Source: Candidatus Fervidifonticultor quintus
GTDB lineage: Bacteria; Sysuimicrobiota; Sysuimicrobiia; Sysuimicrobiales; Humicultoraceae
Assembly: GCA_031459535.1 (NCBI GenBank)
Contig: JAVKIJ010000090.1
Span: 1-11,254 of the forward strand
Length of the DNA: 11,254 bases
Reading direction: 5' to 3'
The notes beneath the pieces are model-generated. The model had not been told where the DNA came from and ran no database searches. It saw only the letters and a program-made list of their open reading frames with translations. The translations under genes were made by a program, and so were the position numbers. Below are positions 1 through 6,627 of this stretch, in pieces (positions within the stretch are counted from its first letter, which is position 1; every line of letters begins with the position of its first letter).

Positions 1-590
1 GAGACCACCGGGATCGTGGGTTTCCGCTCCCGGGAGTCCAGGTCGGGCGATCCCCAGATAGTGGTGCAGATGCCCTCGTGGATGCGTTCCCCCGGGCTGA
101 TGAAGATGGCCCCCACCGCGCCCCCCTTGATGAAATCAGCGACCTTCCCGGGAGACGCATAGCCTTCCGTGAGCACGATCCTGCCAGCGATGCCGGCAGT
201 GTCGCGGCCGATGCCCTCGAACAGGCCGCGGATGTGGCCCAACTGCCCGGTCGAGAGGTAGACCACCTCACCCCGCTTCCACCTGCCGCCCGTGGACAGC
301 GACATGGACGGAGTCTTGGCGAACAGCGACCGCCGTTCGGGCGCCAGGACTTCGAGCCTGGCCCTCCTCGGGACGCTGATGAACAGCGTGGGCGTATGGA
401 CCGTATGCGGCACACCGTGCGTCTTCAGGCGCCTGCTTAGGTAGTCGAAGGCCCGCTTCTCGTCTCTGGTGCCCGATGCGCGAACGAGGCGGGTATAGGC
501 CTCGACGAGCGCCCACGGTTCGTCCAGCGAGACCTCGGCGGTGAGCAACTGCTCGTCGGACTCATTGCGCCAGGTGCTGATGGCTGTCAT
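1..590 (-). CDS. Probable M28-family metallopeptidase with PA domain, N-terminal 196 codons (runs off left edge)
   Basis: Translated by hand. ATG at 590 is preceded by AAGGAGG and the frame has no stop to the window edge: MTAISTWRNESDEQLLTAEVSLDEPWALVEAYTRLVRASGTRDEKRAFDYLSRRLKTHGV...GEVVYL...IAGRIVLTEG...GAVGAIFISPGERIHEGICTTIWGSPDLDSRERKPTIPVV. R-x-SGT-x2-E-x2-A-x2-Y resembles M28 N-termini. G-R-IVL, GAVGAIF and IPVV resemble a PA domain. The Zn-binding residues would lie outside the window. Confidence 0.72.
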   Translation of the reverse strand, partial: MTAISTWRNESDEQLLTAEVSLDEPWALVEAYTRLVRASGTRDEKRAFDYLSRRLKTHGVPHTVHTPTLFISVPRRARLEVLAPERRSLFAKTPSMSLSTGGRWKRGEVVYLSTGQLGHIRGLFEGIGRDTAGIAGRIVLTEGYASPGKVADFIKGGAVGAIFISPGERIHEGICTTIWGSPDLDSRERKPTIPVV

Positions 591-621
591 CAACGCCTCC
601 TTGGTAGGGTATAAGCCGATC

Positions 622-640
622 GGGTTCCTCCCGGGCAGGT
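622..640. repeat. Copy 1 of bipartite motif GGGTTCCTCC-CGGGCAGGT shared with 6492..6516
   Basis: The 10-nt and 9-nt blocks recur identically at 6492-6501 and 6508-6516. Both copies lie about 31-36 nt upstream of a minus-strand start codon. Confidence 0.4.
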
Positions 641-659
641 GCCGCGGTCCCCGCCCCCG

Positions 660-686
660 GCAGGAATGCGGCGCGTGACCTGGAAC
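660..686 (+). promoter_or_regulatory. Candidate sigma-H-like promoter (GCAGGAAT...GGAAC) for the hypothetical gene
   Basis: AGGA at 662-665 and GAAC at 683-686, 17 nt apart, resemble the Bacillus sigH consensus AGGA-N17/18-GAAT. Confidence 0.25.
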
Positions 687-759
687 GGCCCGGAGTGCCC
701 GTTCCTGTGTCGGGCGGGCGCCACGGTTGACGAAGCCCATTGAGAGGAGAGACCAGCCC

Positions 760-1197
760 GTGAAGATTGAATTCTCCGCGGACCAGTTCAGGGCCTTGGT
801 GGAGCTCGCCTATCTGGGAAACTGGATGGTGAATGGAATTCGCGTCCCCGCTGACCATGTGGAGCGGTACAGCCAGGTTGAGCAGTACCTGTTCTCGCTG
901 GCGGGCCAGTTCGGTCTCCGGGACGTCGCCGAGATATACGAGCCCTTGGCGGCCCGGGTTCCAACGGCTGCGTTCGAAGAGCGCATGGCGGAGTGGATCG
1001 CCGAGTACGACAACCAGACCTTCTGGGACGAGCTGGTAGACCGTCTGGCCGATCGCGACCTGTTTATCGAGTACGGTGAGGCATTCGGCGCATTGCCCGT
1101 AGAGCAGCAGCTCGCGAAGCGGGAGCCCATCGTCCAACGGTACGAGCGCGAGTTCCAAGAGCACGGGCTGGATCGCGTTCGCATCCCGGAATTCTAG
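760..1197 (+). CDS. Hypothetical acidic, probably helical protein (~145 aa)
   Basis: ORF-track frame 727..1197. GTG at 760 is preferred because GAGAGGAG lies at 742-749. The sequence is protein-like (MKIEFSADQFRALVELAYLGNWMVN...EYDNQTFWDELVDRLADRD...YEREFQEHGLDRVRI) and fills the gap between its neighbours without overlap. Confidence 0.82.
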   Translation: MKIEFSADQFRALVELAYLGNWMVNGIRVPADHVERYSQVEQYLFSLAGQFGLRDVAEIYEPLAARVPTAAFEERMAEWIAEYDNQTFWDELVDRLADRDLFIEYGEAFGALPVEQQLAKREPIVQRYEREFQEHGLDRVRIPEF

Positions 1198-1233
1198 CGG
1201 CGTGGGATCAGCGCCGTCAATCCTGGCGTCATC

Positions 1234-2154
1234 TCACAGCTTCAACCGGGGATCGAGCGCATCACGAAGACCGTCTCCGAGGAAGTTGTATGCCAGGACC
1301 GTGGTCAGGATCAGCAGCCCTGGGTAGACGGCCAGGTTGGGTGCCGACCAGATGTAGATCTGCGCGTTCTGCAGCATGTTGCCCCACGACGGCAGCGGGG
1401 GGCGAATCCCCAGTCCCAGGTAGGAAATGGCCGACTCAGTTAGAATGGCAAACGCCACATTCAGCGTCGCCGCCACGATGATGGACGGGACGACCTGCGG
1501 CAGGATGTGACGGAACATGATGCGCCCGTCGCGGGCGCCGATGCTGCGCGCCGCGTCGACAAACTCGGTCACGCGCCACCGCAGGAACTCACCGCGTACG
1601 ACGCGCGCCACGGGCATCCAGGCCGTCAGGCCGATGACGATGGTGACCGTGACCGGGCCTCCGCCGAAGACAGCGAGGGCGGCCAGGATCACGAACAGGG
1701 TCGGCAGCGCCATCATGGCGTCGGTCAACCGCATCAGCGTCACGTCCTGCCAGCGACCGAAATAGCCCGCCAGGGCGCCGACCGCCACACCCACCGAGAC
1801 AGAGATGGCCATGGCCACGAAGCCCACCGCCAGCGACACTCGGGCGCCGAGCACCAGGCGAGCCAGGACGTCCCGGCCGATCTCGTCGGTGCCGAGCGGG
1901 TGCTGGACGCTGCTCCCCGCGAGACGCGCGATAGGATCCGCGGCGAACGGGTCGAGGGGCAGGAGCCACGGACCCAACATGGCGATCAGGTGGACCGCCG
2001 CCAAGAAAGCCAGGGCCGCGAGCGCCGGCCCATTGCGCCGCAGACGGCGCGCCGCGAGCCGCCACAGGGTCCGCGGCGGCGCCGGGCCGACGAGCACCAC
2101 TGTCGGGGCCGGGACCCCGAGGTCGACGCTTGCGGGCGGCCGCGCGCTAGCCAT
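1234..2154 (-). CDS. Peptide/nickel ABC transporter permease, OppC/DppC type (306 aa)
   Basis: Contains HPLGTDEIGRDVLARLVLGARVSL, the EAA loop EFVDAARSIGA...RHILP, ESAISYLGLG..PP.PSWG and C-terminal NFLGDGLRDALDP. Start moved to ATG 2154 (MASARPP), which overlaps the upstream permease by 8 nt. The ORF-track extension to 2286 lies inside that permease. Confidence 0.95.
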   Translation of the reverse strand: MASARPPASVDLGVPAPTVVLVGPAPPRTLWRLAARRLRRNGPALAALAFLAAVHLIAMLGPWLLPLDPFAADPIARLAGSSVQHPLGTDEIGRDVLARLVLGARVSLAVGFVAMAISVSVGVAVGALAGYFGRWQDVTLMRLTDAMMALPTLFVILAALAVFGGGPVTVTIVIGLTAWMPVARVVRGEFLRWRVTEFVDAARSIGARDGRIMFRHILPQVVPSIIVAATLNVAFAILTESAISYLGLGIRPPLPSWGNMLQNAQIYIWSAPNLAVYPGLLILTTVLAYNFLGDGLRDALDPRLKL

Positions 2155-3094
2155 AGGTGATGCGGGGATCGAGCCAGCCGTATGCCAGATCCACGAGCAG
2201 GTTTGAGAGAATGACCACCACGGCCACCACCACCGTAATCGCCATGACCATCGGGTAATCACGGCCGATGGTGGACGAGACGGCAAGCTGTCCCATCCCC
2301 GGCCAGCCGAAGATCGTCTCGGTGATCACGGCCCCGCCGGCGAGGCGGGGCACCAGCACCCCCAGCACCGTCACCACGGGGATCAGGGCGTTGCGGATCG
2401 CGTGGCGGGACAGCACCACGTGATCTGGCAGCCCCTTGGCCCGCGCGGTGCGCACGTAGTCCTGCCCGATTTCCTCGATCAGCGCCGACCGCATGAAGCG
2501 CACCAGGTTGGGCAGCGTCGCGGTGGCCAGCACCAGTGCCGGCAGCACCAGGTGCGTGAGGCGATCGGCCAGGGAGAACGGTGCGCCGGGCGTGGCCAGG
2601 CCTGAAGCCGGGAGCCAGTGCAGGTGCACTGTGAAGACCAGGATCAGGAGGATGGCGAACCAGAATGCGGGGATCGAGACGCCGATGAACGAGAGGAACG
2701 TCACCACGTGGTCGGCCAGCGAGTAGCGCCGCGTCGCGGAGATGATGCCGGCGGGGATGCCGATCAGGATGGACAGGGCCAGGGCGCTGCCGCCGAGCAG
2801 GAGCGTGTTGGGCAGGCGTTCCAGGATGACCTCGTTGACCTGGCGGCGGTCACCGAACGAGCGGCCGAAGTCCGCCCGCAGCGCCGCCCCGATCCACTTG
2901 AGGTACCGCACGGGGAGGGGTTGGTCCAGGCCCAACTGACGGGCAAGCGCCTCCCGCTGGTCCGGCGTTGACTCCATGGTCATCATGATCGCCGGCCCGC
3001 CCGGCGCCATGGAGACCATGGCGAAGGTGAGCGTGGACACCACCAGGAGCACGACCAGGGCCTGGAAGGCGCGTTCGAGCAGGTAGCGTCCCAC
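2147..3094 (-). CDS. Peptide/nickel ABC transporter permease, OppB/DppB type (315 aa)
   Basis: Contains LGLDQPLPVRY...DFGRSF, SIPAFW, the EAA loop DYVRTARAKGL...HAIRNA, ETIFGWPGMG and NLLVDLAYGWLDPRI. GTG start with upstream GGAG. Confidence 0.96.
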   Translation of the reverse strand: MGRYLLERAFQALVVLLVVSTLTFAMVSMAPGGPAIMMTMESTPDQREALARQLGLDQPLPVRYLKWIGAALRADFGRSFGDRRQVNEVILERLPNTLLLGGSALALSILIGIPAGIISATRRYSLADHVVTFLSFIGVSIPAFWFAILLILVFTVHLHWLPASGLATPGAPFSLADRLTHLVLPALVLATATLPNLVRFMRSALIEEIGQDYVRTARAKGLPDHVVLSRHAIRNALIPVVTVLGVLVPRLAGGAVITETIFGWPGMGQLAVSSTIGRDYPMVMAITVVVAVVVILSNLLVDLAYGWLDPRITYG

Positions 3095-3126
3095 GGCGGC
3101 TCCGGTGAGGCGGCTGGATCAGATCG

Positions 3127-3165
3127 GCGAAGCGGCAGGCCCCGCCGGGGGACCCGCCGCTTCGC
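3127..3165 (-). other. Intergenic RNA stem-loop between binding-protein and permease genes
   Basis: Perfect 10-bp arms GCGAAGCGGC (3127-3136) and GCCGCTTCGC (3156-3165) extend inward to 17 bp with a 5-nt loop. The two mismatches become G-U pairs on the minus-strand transcript. No U-tract follows. Confidence 0.75.
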
Positions 3166-3180
3166 TTCGATACCGCGCTG

Positions 3181-4761
3181 CTACTCCAGCTTCCACTCGT
3201 TCGCCCACTGGAAGGCCGCTCGCAGGTGAATCGGCGGGATACCTTTCAGCCGCTTGTTCCACGCCCGGATCTCGTTGGGCCACCAGAGCTGGAGGTAGGG
3301 GAGATCCTCTGCCAGCAGTTCCTGGAGTCTCTTATAGATGCGCTCGCGCTCGGCGATGGTGGTGGCCCTGCGCCCGGCTTCCATCAGCGCGTCTGCCTCC
3401 CTGTTGTTGTACATGGGAAGGTTGAAGCCCCGCTCCGCGGCGCTGCTGTGGGCATAGTTGAAGAAGTCCGGGTCCTCGGGCATGATCCACCAGCCCAGCA
3501 GCGCGTCGTAGCGCCGCGCCAGCATGCCCTGGATGAACACGTTGAACTCGCGGCCTTCCAGCACGGTCTCGATTCCCACGGCCCGCAGGTATTGTTGCAC
3601 CAGGGCCGCCAGGGGCTCGAAGTACTGGACGGTCGGGTACAGGAGGGTGAAACGGAACCGCTGTCCTCCCTTGGTCAGCACGCCGTCCGCGCCGGGCTGC
3701 CAGCCGGCCTCGGCGAGCAGTTGCCGGGCCTTGGCGCGGTCGAACTCGTACGTCTTCACGTTGGGGTTGAAGAAGTTCTTGAGCACCGGCGTGAGCGGGG
3801 AGCTCGCCGGGGTGGCGAAGCCCTCGAGGAACCCTCGAATCATTGCCGGGCGGTCCATGGCGTGCATCATGGCCTGGCGGACACGGCGGTCCTGGAACAG
3901 CGGGTTGCGGTGATTGGGCGCCAGGTAGTAGAAGTTGTTCTGAGGCAGAGTGTTGATCTCCACGTTCGGCCGGCCCTGGACGGCCTTGACCAGCGCCGGG
4001 TTATCGATGAAGAGGATGTTGAGATCGCCGGCGAGGAACTGGGCGATCTGCGCGTTGACGTCAGGCAGCACCTTGTAGGTGATCGTGTCGATGGACGGCG
4101 CCCCGCCGAAGTAGGCCGGATTCTTCTCCAACGTCACATACGAGCCCGACACGTACTCCTTCATCTTGTAGGCGCCTGTGCCGATGGGCATGCGCTTGTT
4201 GAACGCGTCGTGGGTCCAGTAGTTCTCCGGCGCCACGCCGGCGAAGGCGTGCCGGGGAATGATGCCGGCGTTGACGCCGACGACTGCCACGAGGCTGGCC
4301 TGGGGCGCGGACATGAGAAACTGGATCGTGTACGGATCGACGACCCGGGTTTCCTTGATATTGCTGAAGGCAGCCCGCCCGGTGGCACCGAGGCGGGGGT
4401 TGAGGATGATGTCATAGGTGAACTTGACGTCGTCGGCGGTGAAGTCGCGGCCGTCGTGCCACTTCACTCCCCGGCGCAGCTTGAAGGTCCAGGTGAGGCC
4501 GTCGGCCGAGACATCCCAGGACTCGGCCAGGTCGCCGACCCATCGCGACTCTTTGCCCCACTTGGTGAGGCCATTGAAGAGGACCCTGGTCACGAAAATC
4601 GACTCGACGAAGTGCCGGGGGTGCCAGGGATTGAACGTCGGGTCGCCGACGATCGGGAAGACCACGCCGCCGCCCGGCGCAGGTCCGCCCGCGGCGGGCG
4701 GGACGACAGCCACGGCCAGGAGCAACCCGACCACAGCCAGTGGGAAGAGACGAGCACGCAT
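3181..4761 (-). CDS. ABC transporter substrate-binding protein, family 5 (OppA/DppA/NikA-like), 526 aa
   Basis: Sec-type signal peptide MRARLFPLAVVGLLLAVAVVPPAAG with no lipobox Cys. Family-5 signature GDLAESWDVSADGLTWTFKLRRGVKWHDGRDFTADDVKFT, plus PIGTGAY, FQDRRVRQAM and KARQLLAEAGW. Confidence 0.96.
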   Translation of the reverse strand: MRARLFPLAVVGLLLAVAVVPPAAGGPAPGGGVVFPIVGDPTFNPWHPRHFVESIFVTRVLFNGLTKWGKESRWVGDLAESWDVSADGLTWTFKLRRGVKWHDGRDFTADDVKFTYDIILNPRLGATGRAAFSNIKETRVVDPYTIQFLMSAPQASLVAVVGVNAGIIPRHAFAGVAPENYWTHDAFNKRMPIGTGAYKMKEYVSGSYVTLEKNPAYFGGAPSIDTITYKVLPDVNAQIAQFLAGDLNILFIDNPALVKAVQGRPNVEINTLPQNNFYYLAPNHRNPLFQDRRVRQAMMHAMDRPAMIRGFLEGFATPASSPLTPVLKNFFNPNVKTYEFDRAKARQLLAEAGWQPGADGVLTKGGQRFRFTLLYPTVQYFEPLAALVQQYLRAVGIETVLEGREFNVFIQGMLARRYDALLGWWIMPEDPDFFNYAHSSAAERGFNLPMYNNREADALMEAGRRATTIAERERIYKRLQELLAEDLPYLQLWWPNEIRAWNKRLKGIPPIHLRAAFQWANEWKLE

Positions 4762-4765
4762 CAGC

Positions 4766-5275
4766 CTACCCCCTTTGCTTTGGGCGCCTTCGCGGCACCG
4801 CGCCGTTGCCCGTCGGCTCCGGCAGCCACGTGTAGCTCTGCTTGTGGATCCGCAGGATCATGGACGTGTCGGTGCGAATGATGCCCGGCACGCCGGCCAG
4901 ACGGTCGACCAGGAAGTCGTGCAGGCTGTCGGTATCGGGCAGCACCACCTCGATGATGATGTCGAACGTGCCGGTGGTGACGGCGATGTACCGGACCTCC
5001 GGCATCTCCATCAGCCTGGCCAGCGCCCGCTTCACCTTGCTGCGCTGGACGTTCAGGCCCGTGATCGCGGAGGCGTGCATACCGACCTTGATGAGATCGG
5101 CCACGGCCACGACGCGGATCACCCTATCGGCCAGCAGCCGCGACAGGCGGTTGCGCACCGTGCCCTCGGTGACGCCCAGGGCCCTGGCCAGGGCGCTGTA
5201 GCTGGTCCGGCCGTCTCGCTGGAGGGCGCAGATAATGCCCTGGTCGAGGGCGTCGAGCTGGTTGGCGTGCCGCAT
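4766..5275 (-). CDS. Lrp/AsnC-family transcriptional regulator (169 aa)
   Basis: N-terminal HTH LDALDQGIICALQRDGRTSYSALARALGVTEGTVRNRLSRL and C-terminal RAM domain with VTTGTFDIIIEV and GIIRTDTSMIL. GGGAG RBS. Ends 4 nt before the binding-protein start. Confidence 0.95.
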   Translation of the reverse strand: MRHANQLDALDQGIICALQRDGRTSYSALARALGVTEGTVRNRLSRLLADRVIRVVAVADLIKVGMHASAITGLNVQRSKVKRALARLMEMPEVRYIAVTTGTFDIIIEVVLPDTDSLHDFLVDRLAGVPGIIRTDTSMILRIHKQSYTWLPEPTGNGAVPRRRPKQRG

Positions 5276-5310
5276 GCACTCCCGCCCGGGTTGCTATCTT
5301 GGTCCGTGGC

Positions 5311-5354
5311 TCTGATTTCCGAAGCAGAACTCAGGCGCCGCTACGAATATCGAA
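5311..5354. promoter_or_regulatory. Two candidate Lrp/AsnC binding boxes (5311-5323 and 5342-5354), 31 bp apart
   Basis: TCTG-ATTTC-CGAA and TACG-AATAT-CGAA are 13-bp elements with AT-rich cores, upstream of the Lrp gene and about 3 helical turns apart. Confidence 0.35.
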
Positions 5355-5390
5355 AGACATCGCCGGCCTGTTAGCTGGCAGCCTATCATG

Positions 5391-5428
5391 AACGGGGAAG
5401 GGGGGTCAACTCCCCCAGTTCCCCCGTT
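5391..5428 (-). terminator. Imperfect hairpin spanning the LacI stop codon (possible terminator or 3' stabiliser)
   Basis: The minus-strand RNA AACGGGGGAA-CU-GGGGGAG-UUGA-CCCCCC-UUCCCCGUU can form about 15 bp with bulges and the UGA stop in the loop. There is no clear poly-U tail. Confidence 0.4.
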
Positions 5429-6455
5429 GCGATGGGGCTGGTCGAGCCCTGGGGAGCGAGGCGCCGCAGGATTCGCGCACCACCAGCCGGGGCTGAAAGA
5501 CCACGGTCTGGGGGCGCCCGGTACGCCGTGTCTGTAAGCGCTCCAGCATCAGTCGGCCGGCAGCGGCGCCGAGCTCATAGCCCGGCTGCGCCACCGCGGT
5601 GAGCGGGGGCGTCAGGATCGGTGCCCAGTCCATATCGTCGAAGCCCACCACTGCCATCTCTTCGGGAATCCGGACGCCGGCCTCCTTGAGGCCCAGCAGC
5701 GCGCCGATCGTCATCAGGTTGTTGGCCACGAAGATCGCGGTCGGCCTGACCCGCAGGCGCAGGAACCGGCCGACCAGCTCGTACCCGCTCTGCTCTTTGA
5801 ACGTGCCCTCGAGGACCAGCTCGTCGTCGAGGGCGAGCCCGGCGTCTTGCAGGGTGGCCCGATACGCTTCGAGACGCTCGCGCCCCGTATACAGGCGCCG
5901 TGGGCCGCTGATGATGCCGATGCGCCGGTGCCCCAGCCGGATGAGGTGCTCGATGGCGGCGCGCACGCCGGCCCGGTTGTCGATGAGCACGGCGTCGGCG
6001 GCCAGCCGCGAGAGGCGCCGGTCGATCTGCACAATGGGAGTGCCGCCGGCCAGTATGCTCCGCAGTGCCGATGCCGACCCACCGCTCGGCGAGATGATCA
6101 GGCCGTCAACGCGCTTCTGGCGAACCGTGCGGAGGTACATCCCTTCCTTGTCCGGATCTTCATCGGCGTTGCACAGCACGATGGCGTATCCCTCCGCCAG
6201 GACCACGTCCTCAATGCCGCGCACGACGGAGGCGAAGAAGGGGTTGGCGTTGTCCGAGACAATGACGGCCAGCGTGTGGGTCCGGCCCTTGATCATGCTC
6301 CGGGCGATCGCGTTGGGGTGGTAGTCCAGCATCCGGGCGGCGCGCAGGATGCGGGCGCGGGTGGCGTCACTCACGTACCCGTACTCGCCCAGCGCCCTGG
6401 CCGCCGTGGCGACGGATACCCCGGCGCGCCGCGCGACATCGCGAATGGTGGCCAT
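5406..6455 (-). CDS. LacI/GalR-family transcriptional repressor (349 aa)
   Basis: HTH ATIRDVARRAGVSVATAARAL and hinge YHPNAIARSM. Sugar-binding domain motifs NPFFASVVRGIE, HLIRLGHRRIG, GVRIPEEMAVVGFDD, PPLTAVAQP and LVVRESCG. GAGGAG RBS. Confidence 0.97.
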   Translation of the reverse strand: MATIRDVARRAGVSVATAARALGEYGYVSDATRARILRAARMLDYHPNAIARSMIKGRTHTLAVIVSDNANPFFASVVRGIEDVVLAEGYAIVLCNADEDPDKEGMYLRTVRQKRVDGLIISPSGGSASALRSILAGGTPIVQIDRRLSRLAADAVLIDNRAGVRAAIEHLIRLGHRRIGIISGPRRLYTGRERLEAYRATLQDAGLALDDELVLEGTFKEQSGYELVGRFLRLRVRPTAIFVANNLMTIGALLGLKEAGVRIPEEMAVVGFDDMDWAPILTPPLTAVAQPGYELGAAAGRLMLERLQTRRTGRPQTVVFQPRLVVRESCGASLPRARPAPSQRGNWGS

Positions 6456-6456
6456 C

Positions 6457-6470
6457 TGGTAACGTTCTCC
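6457..6470. promoter_or_regulatory. LacI-type operator O1 (TGGTAACGTTCTCC) overlapping the lacI RBS
   Basis: Pseudo-palindrome centred on AACGTT with the central CG typical of LacI/GalR operators. A near-identical copy lies at 6591-6604. Confidence 0.7.
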
Positions 6471-6491
6471 TCACTTCCACCCGGGTGATAG

Positions 6492-6516
6492 GGGTTCCTC
6501 CGGGTCTCGGGCAGGT
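6492..6516. repeat. Copy 2 of bipartite motif GGGTTCCTCC-[GGGTCT]-CGGGCAGGT
   Basis: Same two blocks as 622..640, separated by a 6-nt insertion. Confidence 0.4.
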
Positions 6517-6548
6517 CTAGCCCGGGGCCGGGTGGGGGGTTGGATTGA

Positions 6549-6577
6549 GCAGGAGTTCTGGCGTGGGGGAAGCGAAT
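6549..6577 (+). promoter_or_regulatory. Candidate sigma-H-like promoter (GCAGGAGTT...AGCGAAT) of the sugar operon
   Basis: AGGA at 6551-6554 and GAAT at 6574-6577 are 19 nt apart, slightly longer than the Bacillus sigH spacing. Operator O2 lies just downstream, where a repressor site would be expected. Confidence 0.35.
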
Positions 6578-6590
6578 TCTCCCAGGGACC

Positions 6591-6604
6591 TGATAACGTT
6601 CTCT
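6591..6604. promoter_or_regulatory. LacI-type operator O2 (TGATAACGTTCTCT)
   Basis: Pseudo-palindrome 23 nt upstream of the isomerase ATG, 12/14 identical to O1. Confidence 0.72.
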
Positions 6605-6627
6605 CACTCTTGCCACGGAGGCTGCCC

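Noticed and set aside
78-516. ORFs 78..440 (+) and 268..516 (-)
   Set aside because: Both overlap the better-supported minus-strand peptidase frame starting at 590.
682-705. Inverted repeat GGAACGG-N10-CCGTTCC
   Set aside because: Single 7-bp arms with no second copy or associated regulator, so it cannot be distinguished from chance.
562-1184. Minus-strand ORFs 562..1164 and 810..1184 as the operon continuation
   Set aside because: Their composition is shadow-like or low-complexity, while the plus-strand frame has an RBS and a protein-like sequence.
1198-1216. Short hairpin CGGCGT/GCGCCG between convergent genes
   Set aside because: Only 6 bp including a wobble and no U-tract, so it could be chance in GC-rich DNA.
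3226-4881. 551-aa plus-strand ORF (and 4418..5374)
   Set aside because: Antisense shadow of the SBP and Lrp genes with no recognisable motifs. Such shadows are expected in high-GC DNA with biased codon usage.
6532-6627. ORF-track N-terminal extension of the isomerase
   Set aside because: It covers the promoter/operator region. ATG 6628 has a GGAGG RBS and begins the plausible first beta-strand (KIGILTFSDGR).
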